DNA from: Eremomyces bilateralis CBS 781.70 | Lineage: Eukaryota | DNA length: 64,000 nucleotides | Strand: one strand, 5' to 3' | Assembly: GCA_010015585.1 (NCBI GenBank) | Contig: ML975149.1 | Shown here: one piece after another, positions 22,932-34,922 of the stretch | How positions within the stretch are numbered: position 1 is the stretch's first letter | How the letters are laid out: each line of letters starts with the position of its first letter | Notes under the pieces: model-generated | Seen by the model: only the letters and a program-made list of their open reading frames with translations | What the model was told of the DNA's origin: nothing | Databases searched by the model: none | Position numbers and translations under genes: made by a program

Positions 22932-23951
22932 ATGGCTGCCAAATCCGAAACTGCCGTCCCAAGAAACGCAGATTCATATCTCCATAACAATGTTTTCGAC
23001 CTCTTCTCTCTAAAGGACCGCGTTGTCATAATCACGGGCGGTGCTAGGGGGATTGGACTGGCTCTTGGGTTTGCCGTTGCAGAAGCTGGGGGATCCGTTG
23101 CGATCATCGATGCGGCGCCGCAACCCCACGAGCATTACAAAAAACTGCAAGAAATATGCAAGGCTGAGTTCTATCAGTGCGTTCTCAAAAAGATCAGCAC
23201 GCCATAGTCCCAGAGGCATGCTAACATGTCTTCTTTTTTCAGATCAGATGTGACCGATTATGAGAAACTGCAGGCAACCTTTGATAAGATTGTCGAGGAT
23301 TTTGGACGAATAGACGGCCTGTATGGGATGTCAGGTCTCAATAAAGCGTCAAGCTGACCAGGCTTTCAGTATCACGGCGGCAGGCGTATGCCCCGACCAG
23401 GCCTTCTTAGATCGAGATCCGAAAGACGTGGAGCGCACCTTCAAGATCAACGTCTTCGGCACCTACTTTGCAACTCAGTTGGCTGCGAGACAGATGGTGA
23501 AGCAGGGGAGGCGAAGTGCAGCTCCAACGTCAGGCGCTGGATCGGTTGTCCACATTGCCTCCGTCTCTGCACATGAAGCCCCCAAACTCCAGCTGACGAG
23601 CGATTACTCTTCGAGCAAGGGTGCAGTCCTTGGTCTGACGCATCAGCTTGGATCGGAGCTGGCAAGTATGGGTGTAAGGGTGAATAGTATCTCCCCAGGG
23701 TAAGTTCTCTTTCTGGTATAACCGTTGGCCCACAGTCGCTAATCGTCAGTAGATACATCTTGACGGATATGAGTATGGCCCTTCTCGAGCAAAGGAAGGA
23801 TGTAGGCGAGGTGTTTGTAAACGCGCCAGCCATGAAACGGATGGGGGACCGCACCGACTTGAAAGGGGCTGCGGTTTACCTGCTAAGCGACGCCAGCGCG
23901 TACATGACTGGTAGTGAGATGCTCATTACCGGAGGTTTGCACGTCACGTAG
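22932..23951 (+). CDS. Short-chain dehydrogenase/reductase (sorbose reductase/polyol dehydrogenase-like)
   Basis: [44 protein letters not shown]; three introns. Confidence 0.9.
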
Positions 23952-25299
23952 AAGCGTTGAGAAAGTAATATCCTTCTCTCTTCGATATCTGAAACAAAAG
24001 CTTGAATTGGCATTGCGTATCTTCGTATTCTGTCGTATGTGAGAGGTGACTATACGCCCCCTGCCTAGCGCGAGCTTGATACCTGTGGATGTGAGGCGCG
24101 GTTTCAGATGCGTGTTGACGGTTTTGTTCCTCCGCTGGAGTTCCACAAGGGTGTGCCGTTCTTCTGCCGACCACATGCATTTACGCATTGTGTGAGGGGG
24201 AAGAGAGGGGGTGGGTGGCGCTAGAGACTGGCCCATTGAGCGGCACTTCGAGTTTGCCATCGATCAGTGGAACATGGCAGTCGCAAGTGCATCTTGCTAC
24301 ACCATAGCATCAGGCGAACATCGTAAGCTATGCTATGCATGTTTATGTAGCAGAACTCAGTCAGATTTGGGCGTCGCGCAGATTCTTGCTCTATCCACTG
24401 TTCCCATGTTAAACCGTTAAAACCGGGGCTCGCGGGCTAGTGATTCTCCGCCGCAAGACCAATGTCGCGAAGGCAATGAACGAGCGACTGTCTAAGGGCA
24501 AATGATTGCTGGAGCAAGTCGACGAATTTCCAGGTGGCGTACCCAACCAAGATCGGTAAAGTCTTGATGGTGTCGAGCGGAGCCCACGGGCCATATCGTG
24601 CAGATGGCACATCTTCTCTCGGAGAGAACTTGTACGGGCGGATCAAGGAACGAACCTGCGGCCCAAAGCTCGTTTCTTCGCGTCTCTAGCTCGAAAAGAC
24701 GATTGAATTTGCTGCGTTGAAAGTGCTGATTGCTTCATTCTCTGCGGGAGCAGAGGGCAGCCAAGTGCTGAATGGAGTACCAATACCATTGGCATCGAGC
24801 ATATCTGTACCCTGGGAGTCGCGAACACTGCCAGCGGCATCCGAATCAGTGCCAGGACTAGGAGACCAGCGGGTGGGAAGGCTCACCCCGTCCATAAAGT
24901 TTAGAAACTTCAAGAAGACTGCGCTACGAACCCATCTTCTGCACGAAACCCGTCGCTGACGGGGACGTCGACAGCCGGTCCACGCCGGGCTCTTCCAAGT
25001 GATGATACTTCGTCGTTCCCATGTTTATAGATCCGCCGATGCTGAGTAAGGAGGTCACGGCGAGAGAAGGTGGTTCCACAATCGCATTCAAACGGTCTTT
25101 CCTTGGTATCTGCAGAAAGACATCAGCCGAACTGATAGAGATAGGAGAGAACAATATTGATTGGAATGAATGTGGCATGTTCATGGATTTAATTATTATC
25201 ACTGACGTATTCTAAGATGCCTCGTCAGGTGTTCTGTACGCTTGAAATGGCGTTGGCAGTAGCTGCAAGATTTTCCATGTCTCGATCAGAGGTATGCAT

Positions 25300-25627
25300 C
25301 AGGCGGTTGCATATATTGTTACATTGCTTGGCGTGCAACTGGCAAAAAAACTGCCAAATTTGAGTAATAACGACTTTTGCAATCCAAAACCACCAAAACC
25401 TACCAAAATCTACCAATATCAAGTTTCCTTAATTGCCGCTTACCACAAGAACTAATTATAATAAAAATAATATCGTTCAATAGCTTGGAACTTGGCGGAT
25501 TTAATGATATTATTTTTATTAAATTAGAAAACGTTCGAAATATTCGATTGCAAAAGTCGTTACTCAAATTTGGCAGTTTTTTTGCGAGTTGTACGCCAAG
25601 CAATGTAACAATATATGCAACCGCCTG
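25300..25627. mobile_element. MITE-like element with ~82-bp terminal inverted repeats
   Basis: CAGGCGGTTGCATATATTGTTACATTGCTTGGCGT...GACTTTTGCAATC is mirrored at about 25546-25627; AT-rich non-coding core. Confidence 0.85.
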
Positions 25628-26299
25628 ATTGGGCACTTCGCTAAAGCTAGACGTGCCCAGGGAGTCAATTGAATGCTGCTACCTGTACTATACGGAGTCC
25701 GATCAGCCAAATCACCCCAAATCCTAGCAGCTCCAGCAGCAAAACGACCAGATTGAACTAATAATGCACATGATGATCCGCAGAAAAGCCAAGGTAAGAG
25801 GTCATTTTAGAATATGGAAACTAAATAAACGTTCTACACTATTACCGAACGCCTGAACGTCAGAAGCAGAAAACGCTTTCGACAGGTAAATATTGAGAGT
25901 TGAGATAAGAGTTGCATTTGCTGATGTTCCAGCTAGGTGTCTGTGGATAGGGAGAACTATATGTATGCAGTGGCTGGGACGCAGGTCCCATGACCCCCTC
26001 CACAGTGCAAACCCCGCTGGCATATCCGGAGTGCCGCCTGACAACTGATAAGTAGCAGAGCTGTGGACATTCTTCGCTCAGCCGAACTCTGACCTGAATT
26101 GGCGACAATTCTTGGGTGATACACGTCGATGTTCATTGGTATTGGGCATTTGGGCTTTGCCGCATAAGCGACGTGCTAACTATCAATATTCACGCGCAGT
26201 TGCAGCTTCGACAGGATGCTACCCGGCAGCAAGCAAAGCCTCGTATGCGGTCTTGGAATCGATGCATCTCAGCATTGATATTTCTCCAGTCAAATGTGG

Positions 26300-27840
26300 A
26301 TTGCCATGCATGGCCGGCATCAAGAATCTTTTGCTACTGCCACAGTCCACTCACCAATTGCATCCCAACAGGCGGCTGGATCGCATGGTTGTCCTTTGCT
26401 GGCAAGGAGCCGATGGGAATGGTCATGGCCGGATGTCCCGTAATGTTGAAGATTGCAGTGTTGATGGAAAGGCCTACGCTAGGCTTCAAAGCCTTCAGGG
26501 GCGATTCCCCTTGTCTCCCGTCCACATGCTTCGGCGCGACGCACGGCGTCGTGGGCATGACAACCATATCGTACGTCTTGAAAAGCTTCTCATACGAGTC
26601 TGTGAGCAGCTGCGCTAGGTTAAGGGTCTTTGCGTAGAGACCAGGAAAGTTCTTCGCCAGGTACAGTCCGTTGATCATCGTATTCATCGTTGCGGGAAAT
26701 AGCCGCTGGAAGCTGGCATTAGTCCAAGGGAGGCGCGCTTCTTCAAATTCCGTAGGATACAAACCCCTTCGCCCGTGCTGAAGCCCCAAAAGGTTAAAGG
26801 CTCCTGGGATGTGTTGCTGAATCGCCCAAACAGCCGGCCCCTCCATATGGCACGGTACCGAGACCTGCTCGACGATGGCTCCGAGCGTCTCGAACCTGCG
26901 TGCAGCGCGCATGACGAGGTCCTTGATTGGGGGACCAACCAGCTGGTGCTCGAATCCTTCCACCAGTATCCCAACCATGAAGCCTGTGGCGCCGCTCAAC
27001 GTAGGGCGTAGAGACTCGGTAAAGGAGGCCGAGCCACGAGGCGGTGCTCCGAGTATACGGTCATCAAGCTTATCCTATCCGCTAAGCGCTCCAACATGAT
27101 GCTACTTCCAATACTGTCCTTGCGATCGGTCGGGCATAGTCGTTGACTACATCGCCGCTCGTGATGCCGGTGTAGGGAACCAAGCCAAGCGTTGGTTTAG
27201 TCCAACATCTGGCAAGTTTGTTAGCCAAAGGTCTCTGCTTCAATTTGCAGCATTGACGTACAACCACAGAATGCCGCTGGAATTCCGATACTCCCACCTT
27301 AGTCTGCACCAATCGCAATGTGAACATGACCTGCCCCGACCAAGGCTGCGCCGCCGGAGGTGCTGCCACCAGAAGAATAGCCTTCTGCAAGGGGATTCTC
27401 TACGACGCGCTGGGCGCTTGTAAAGGACCAAGTCGAATTACCGAAGTTCTCGCAAGTAGCAGTGCCTACTACCTCTGCACCCGTGTCCAATGCTCGCGTG
27501 ATAACGATCGCATCCCTTTGCGGAGTCCATGGAGCAAACGCGTTGGTTCCAAAGAACTGCAGCACTCCCGCTACTACGATGCAGTCTTTCAGGCAAACGG
27601 ACTTTCCCTTCAGCGGTCCACCGCTTGGGTTGCCTCTGATGTGGAATACTTGGGCCTAGGCATGTCTGAGGACATTTTCCTTATCTGACGGACGGTAAAT
27701 ATTTCCTCGAGGGTATTCTGGCGAGTCGGAGGGCCTTTGGTAATCTGACAGCCGACGGATCTTCTCTGCACAATCATGAACGGCAGCTAAAACAGCTGGC
27801 GATAGTCTCCGGACTCTTCTAGAGTTATGCCATCATTGAT
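26300..27840 (-). pseudogene. Amidase-signature family enzyme, pseudogene
   Basis: LKDCIVVAG, YSSGGSTSG, IGAD*GGSIGIPA, KPTLGLVPYTG, NTAIFNITGHPAMTIP, PVGMQLV; stops and several frameshifts. Confidence 0.85.
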
Positions 27841-29002
27841 GCTAATTGATGCTAGAAGCAACTTGGGCTTTTCGATCGCTATTAGGCTAGTGCTACGTGA
27901 GGTAAGCATTCAAGCTCTGTAGATTCGATTCTTATCTTCACATACTCTAAGGGAGAATTGAAGAAGACCGACATGTTCCGTCGGAAGTGTGTGGCCGTCG
28001 GAAGTGTATGTGGTTGATAGGCCGACTAGCTGGCAGACGTCTCGATTTCTCAGCCTCTGAATGGTGGATCTAGCGATAGAGTAAGCCTCATTACATAGTA
28101 GCCTCCTAGTCATCGGCGCTTTGCTGCTGAACGTGGTGAATCTTTCCTTATGGATAGGATCTGGCAGGAATTTGAAGAGGCTATCAACGCGATGCTCGAT
28201 AGGATAGTATAATTTTTATCTCGCTACGGTATCTCAATGGCATCTCAAAATAATTGAGATCCTGTTGAGTATTGACTGGGTACGTCAACGTGCTTTGGTT
28301 CTGCCCCTAGCGGCCCCTCATGGCCTAAAGTTTGGAGAACCCCATAAGATCCTCCCCAAACAACCCCAACTACTAACGTCAACTAACTAACTAAGTTAGA
28401 TAAACGGTATTTTCAGGCCCAAGAGGGTCAGGACAATACTGTAGATGGGAAGATCAGATCTGGGGTTTTCTTTAGAACATTGTACCAAGCAAAGCCGCGT
28501 GCAATAGTAATTCTTACATACTTATCCATATTACCAATACATTTCGGGAGCGAAACGCCCTTTATCGGATATGCTGCAAAGAGGTGTGATATGAGATACC
28601 CTGGAACGTCCAGGGTTTCGCGCCATTCTTCAGCCCACTACTACTCCACCCAACCGTGCAGTGAACTCTCCAGGTGTTGGCAAGGGAATCACAGAGCCCG
28701 GCAACGGGTTGGAGTCCCATTGGGTAGTAGATAAGTTTTGCGTCTGCCTACTACCAGCTTGACTAGCCAGAGATCCAATTATCCTGCACTCACTAACCGA
28801 GCCATCACCTGCAAACCTGCCATTAGTGTCATGGAATGACGATGGGGGGAAATGCTATCTGCGGGGCCTCCGTAGAGTTTCTGGCCCAGCAAAATATATC
28901 TACAGTTCCCCATTCTGCCCTTTGGGCTGACCTCAACACCGATTGCTTTACGTATTCTTTCGGAATATATTGTCTCAGCTGTATCGAACCAGGTCATTCG
29001 CA

Positions 29003-30061
29003 ATGGGGAAGAAGCGAGTTCTCATCTCGTACGGTGTCGATGTTGATGCGGTTGCGGGATGGCTGGGCTCGTACGGGGGAGAGGACAGCACAAACGACAT
29101 AAGTCGAGGAATCTTTGCCGGAACTGTGGGCACGGAGCGTCTGCTTAGGATGTTTGCAAAGTATAACATTCTGACGACGTGGTTCATTCCTGGGCACAGT
29201 TTGGAGACCTTTCCGGAGGAGATGGCGGCGGTTCGAGACGCCGGTCACGAGATTGGACTGCATGGATATAGCCATGAGAACCCCAAGGACATGACTATCG
29301 AGCAACAGCGAGCAGTGCTGGATAAGACGTATCGAATGCTGACGGATTTTGCCGGAAAGCCTCCCCGAGGAAGCGTGGCGCCGTGGTGCGTCTTGTTTCA
29401 GTCCACCGCCGCACCGCAGCCACTGACCAGACTATTTTAGGTGGGAAACAAGCAAAGAGGGGGCCGAGCTACTACTCTCATATGGTATCGAGTACGATCA
29501 CAGCTTGAGCCATCATGACTGTCAGGCTTATTACCTTCGCACTGGAGATTCCTGGACCAAGATTGACTACTCCAAGAAGGCCGAGGAATGGATGAAGCCA
29601 TTGGTCAAAGGCCAGGAGACTGGCCTTGTAGAGATTCCTGGGAACTGGTACATCGATGATCTCCCCCCAATGATGTTTATCAAAGCCTCGCCCAACAGCC
29701 ACGGCTTCGTCAATGCTCGAGACGTCGAAGATATTTGGCGAGATCATTTCGACTACTTTTACCGCGAGTACGACGAGTTCATCTTCCCCATATCGATCCA
29801 CCCTGATGTGTCTGGCCGGCCCCACGTCATTGCTATGCATGAGAGGTACGTTATTCATTACCGCACCAGAGAACACAACCAAGCATTCTAGCAATCTGAC
29901 ATCGCAATCGCAATCGCAGACTCATTGAGCATTTCAAGAAGCACGAAGGGGTCGAGTTTGTTACCATGGAGCAGATGTCGGACGAATTCAAGAAGCGGAA
30001 TCCTCCTCCGCCGGGAACACTCATGCCCGCAGCTCCTGGTGCAATGCTTGCAAAGAAGTAA
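29003..30061 (+). CDS. NodB/polysaccharide-deacetylase-fold hydrolase (HpPgdA/HxnM-like, putative cyclic imide hydrolase)
   Basis: [67 protein letters not shown]; introns about 29386-29440 and 29846-29919. Confidence 0.9.
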
Positions 30062-30740
30062 AGAGAGAGACGGCTGTAAGTAAAACCTTATCACGAGATT
30101 TAGGAATAGTAATGCATAAGCATATGCACATTTTGCATCCGGTGCTGAATATCTACCGAAGATGGGCTCCATCTGCGTCCAATCACATTGGTAGCGGCGC
30201 TACGGTATAGGTGCAGCAGAAGTGGAGTTTGGTATTGCCTAGATGTGCTGTTCGCATAATTAGTGAGGGTCAGGGTTGAGGGTTGGCAAGATAACCCAAG
30301 CCTGATAGTAGAGTATGTCCCCACTTGCGTCAACATAGAGTGCGGGATCTCCGCAGCTACAGGGTTCAGTATGTCCGCGCTTGCGTCGACATTGAACATA
30401 GAGTGTGGGGACTCCGAAGAAATTTATGGATTCCATACCCTTAAGTATAGCCTATCCTAGGCTCTTAGGCGCCCAGGCAATCTGTACCGCCGAAGATAAT
30501 ACGAGTTTAATCCTAGGCGCTCAGGCTGCCAAATCAGTACGTAGGAGCCTAAGCCAGCGCCCATAAATTAGGCTCCCGAATACCATCGTACAAGCTCTAC
30601 ATATAGCCTATATCTCCGTAATCAATCAGCTTTTCACGAGGGGTTTTCATTTTAAAAGTTAAGGTATTTATCGAGTCAAAGATCAATTCATCTTCAAACA
30701 GAAATCCACCTAAATAGTTTAAGTTTACCTCAGTCAGTCG

Positions 30741-30851
30741 TTATCAGTCGTAGATAAACTCAGGTAACGTGGCGTGGCCTTAGCAGGGGCCCCCAGCCCC
30801 CTATCTGACCACTCACCATCTTAGATAACGTCTGAGCATCAACTGAGATAA
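30741..30851. promoter_or_regulatory. Cluster of five HGATAR sites (putative AreA/NIT2 nitrogen control)
   Basis: TTATCA 30741, AGATAA 30752, CTATCT 30801, AGATAA 30823, AGATAA 30846, about 200-320 bp upstream of the permease ATG. Confidence 0.5.
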
Positions 30852-31060
30852 CTCCAAACCGGTTCTAACATACCCCAAATGGGTCCATGATCCTTGAATA
30901 TCCTCGGAATCTATTCCGTAGGCACAACGCTGTCCCGACGACATGTATCTGGTCTTCGTGATTAGGCCTCGACATATAAAGCGCATGGCGTAGGCCCACT
31001 AGCCTCGAGCGGTTTGTTAATCAGTATTTCTACTTGTTTTCCCATCTGTTTCCTACCAAT

Positions 31061-32590
31061 ATGTCGGGTGAGAAGCGTTCCATCGATATGAAGTCTGTTA
31101 CGGTAGAAAGTTATGAGGGAGTCGTTAAAGATGAGGCTGCTACAGACAATTTCGAGGTGTTCAAGAAGGAGGAGGGAGCCGTCGATTTTCGAACGGTCTC
31201 GTGGATTCACGCAGCAATGATATTCACAAAAAGTGAGTGGTAGACGTCGAGTCGACTCCTGTGTTGCTGCTCTAAGGAAGCAGATGCTGACAACGTCTTC
31301 TCGCAGTGATCTTCGCAACCGGTGTCTTGAGCATTCCGTCTGCTTTGTATACTCTTGGCGCAGCTCCCGGGGCCATTTGTATCATAGGATTTGTGTCCTT
31401 GAATTCCTACTGTGGGTTCTTACTGGGCGAGTTTCGGAATATTCATCCTGGATGCCATAGCGTTGCAGACATGGCTCAGCTCATCGGCGGTAAAGTTCTC
31501 AGAGAGATCATCGGCGGTATCTTCCTCCTGTCGTTCGTCGTCTCCGCTGCCACTGGAGTCTTGGGCGTGTCCGTCGCACTGAACGCACTTTCGAACCATG
31601 CTATCTGTACCAACTACTTTTTGGTCGTTGCAACAATTGCTATCGCAGCCGCTGCGAGTGTGCGCAAGTTCGAAAAGTTTGCCTGGCTTACCTGGGCCGG
31701 ATTCTTCTCCATATTTATTGCGATCTTCATCGTTGTGTAAGTGAACGGCTCAAGCAATATGGAGACACGACCACTGGCCCTAACGAATCTATAGTGTTGG
31801 AGTGACGACTCTGGACCGCCCTGCAGCTGCACCACAGACAGGAGACTTCGAGTTGGGGTATCATGCCATCGCACATCCTACCTTCGCTGCCGGCATTACC
31901 GCAGCGGCTACGATCTTCGGTACCAGCGCAGCGCCACCTGCATTCCTTCCGGTCATTTCAGAAATGAAGCGACCTAAGGACTTCAACAAGGCTTTGTTGG
32001 TATGCATGATCTTTGTCGTCTCCTCATACCTAGCTTTTAGCCTGGTCGTATATCGGTGGTGCGGTCAATGGGTTGCGTCGCCGTCTCTGGGCAGTGCCGG
32101 CCCTGTCCTGAAAAAGGTGGCTTTCGGTGTCGGTTTGTTCGGACTTTTAATCAGTGCGGCGCTGTACGTCCACGTTGCTGCGAAGTATATATTCGTTCGA
32201 ATTCTTCGCAACACAGACCATCTACAGAGGAACACCTTTGTTCACTGGGGGGTGTGGATGGGCTGTACGCTGGGGCTCTCCATCATTAGCTTCCTGATCG
32301 CCTCGGGTATCCCAATCTTCGACTACATTGTCGGTCTTGCGGGCAGCTTGTGCTTTGCGCCCTTGGCAACGGGTTTCCCGGCGATGCTTTGGCTTTACGA
32401 CTATGGCGATTATCGAAAGGGCACCATCATCCACAAGGCGCAATTTGGAGTGCACATCTTGATGGCGGCATTTGCTCTATTCCTGACTATCGGCGGCACG
32501 TATGGAGTCGTCCAGCAGATCATACTCGCGTATGAAACTGGCAAGATCAGTTCGGCATTCCCTTGCGCTGACAACAGCAACTCTTCTTGA
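31061..32590 (+). CDS. Amino acid/auxin permease (Aa_trans, Mtr-like neutral amino acid transporter)
   Basis: VDFRTVSW, FATGVLSIP, HPGCHSVADMA, FLPVISEMKRPKDF, VASPSLGSAG, FPCADNSNS; two introns; many TM segments. Confidence 0.92.
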
Positions 32591-32722
32591 TCTTCTGGCG
32601 CGATCCATTTTGTCTTGGTGACGACGACGTTGTAGAACTGGAATCAAATTTGATTATCAGAATTAATAGGAATGGTAGAACTATTTGCAACGCTCCTCCT
32701 TAATCATTATCTATCATCCCTA

Positions 32723-32755
32723 ATGCCATCGATTTAGGTTAATGTGGCCGTATGT
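32723..32755 (-). pseudogene. 5S rRNA 5' fragment (~33 nt) with upstream flank
   Basis: ATGCCATCGATTTAGGTTAATGTGGCCGTATGT aligns without gaps to ATGCCCTATATTCAGGTTGATGTGGCCGTATGT (908-940). The flank GAAGCCTTTG...ATATAAAC resembles the flanks of the other copies. Confidence 0.7.
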
Positions 32756-34922
32756 ATTAGAAGCCGAAGCCTTTGAGGATATAAACTGATTCGGAGTTCA
32801 CTCTAGGAAATACTAAACCTGTCTGCATCTTCACCAGCTTACCGTTCTAATTTCTGGAGCGTCTCCACCAATTGGGGTCTGGAGATACATCATCAATAAT
32901 TCCGGTCATTATCTAATAGGGCCATATCCTTGCGAACAGTCCTGATAACGGCTTCGGCGATGCTGCTCCTTGGGCAGCATCTCCCAATATCTTCGGACCC
33001 CGAGAAGCTCCCCAGTCTCTAGAATTGGCTTGTTTATATCTGCTGCTACGAAGTGACGACCTGGGACCCTGTCCTTATATACTGTTCAGACCGGAAGATC
33101 TGGAGTTGATCCGGTTTAGTCAGATCAGTGCGAGAAGGCACATCACACGAGAAAGAGGAAAGATAAACGAAGAATAATAGTTTTAATAACTAACTAGTTA
33201 ACTATCCATTAGTTAACTAACTATAACCTAACTATTTAAATAATGATCGGATATCTATAGATCATTTACGTTGCCCGACTAGTCATAGCAGTCAGGACGG
33301 TTGTTTGGCCATTCAGCCTTGTGATCGTACAAGTGGTGACTGGTGTACCCTCGGGAAATGGTCTCTGTCACAGTTCTAAGCAGGGAGATCTGCATGGTTA
33401 CAGCCTATATTAATATTGACTAGTGCTCGGCTCCCTTGTATAACCTCGCGTGTGCTGTCTTCGTTACACTACATACCGGTATTTATCCTCTCGTCAGGCC
33501 ATAAGACTTGCAACTCACTCCCCCATGGTATCAATTTGAACCACAAGCAATTCGACTCGTTACGTTCCGCCAAAGCCTACCCTTGGGAACACCCTTGAGG
33601 CATAGTTATCGCGGAAAGGATCTGGTACCTTGATGATCAACATGGCCTCCTCCCCAAAGTCCATTATAGGACCTGGGAACAACATTTCGCCCCAGAAGCA
33701 CCGCAGACCATGATCGAAGCTACACGTAGAGCCTAGAAACAAGAAATTCCATTCTAGGGTCAGCTTCGATGCCAAAGATACAGCGGGTAATACCGGACGT
33801 CACCGCCGGCCTGGAAACAGAGAAATCCCAGATCGTCTATATTTAGGTCCTCTAATTCTGTCTCGACCGGAAGACATCGATCACCGTTAACAGAGCCGAA
33901 TCAGCAGTCCATAATAACCAACACGCAGGACTAACGCAAGGCCGAATCAGATAAGATGTAATTCATACTTCACGAGGCGCAGGAAGAAGGCCACTCAGGA
34001 GTCCGTGGACCTCACTTTCGCCGGCCAAACGGTCACTGCCCAAAGGAAGCCAAAATTCTTGGGTTACACTCAACGAGAAACTCTCCTTCTATGCTTACAT
34101 CAGAGTCACCACCAAAGCCCAGAGAGGAGAAGCAGCCAATTTTGCAGGGTCAGAAGCAGCTTTCGTAGGTCTTGCTCTCGCGACATGGATGGACTTGCTC
34201 CGTTTTCATCGTTTAGTTCAGGTTTATGTGGCTATATACACCCGATAATGAGGCTTTTAAAGGTACTTTATCAATTGAAGAGCCTCAGAATATCTGTACG
34301 AGAAACATGAGCCCAGGGACGCGATTTAGGGGTGAGGTAATTATGGCCTGGAAGGTGGGGATTGATGAGGATTGAGCGAGTGGTTGATGGCTGTATCGTA
34401 AATACAAATCCAACCAATAAAACAACATTTATTAATACCCCTAACAGCATAGCGTCGTATTGATGACTGAATACGAGACAGATCAGTATATTTGTTGGCA
34501 ACAATCACATCACTCTCCGTCCTTTCAATCTACTCCTTCCAGCTTTCACAGATAGTTTGATGAATTATACGTCCTATGTCAGAGATGTTGTTGGACCATC
34601 GGATAGTAAGCACACAAACTCCAAACCGTCAGTAAAGTCCTGAATCTTGCCAAGCCCCAACGCCCGGGTGATGTCGGACCTGACGATTGGGCGGCCATGA
34701 GGTAATCTATGAGTCCTGTGGAAATTTTACTGTCACGCATGTCATGGAACCAGGAACCCTGTCGATTATATATAGCCCACATCTCCGCCACATAAGACCC
34801 AAGGTAACCTTCCCCTAAATGCGGAGGTGATATTCATCCCATGGTTCAATTCATCCCATGGTTCAATTCATCCCTTCTTGTCCTTCCATGTAACGATCCA
34901 GCTCATTTTCCCACACGTCAAC

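Larger units (their letters stand above)
1049..32722 (+). mobile_element. Candidate degenerate Starship (giant tyrosine-recombinase transposon) inserted in a 5S rRNA gene
   Basis: Bounded by same-strand 3' and 5' 5S fragments. The first gene is an inward-facing captain-like pseudogene. The interior holds an ankyrin relic, transposons, pseudogenes and accessory metabolic genes. The right boundary is less certain because about 45 nt of the 5S middle is missing. Confidence 0.62.

Noticed and set aside
24400..25100. Coding-like broken frames on the minus strand
   Set aside because: No recognisable motif; cannot be assigned without a search.
30450..30580. Several TAGGC(G/T)C repeats
   Set aside because: Possibly a transposon-end remnant, but no TIR pair or TSD could be defined.
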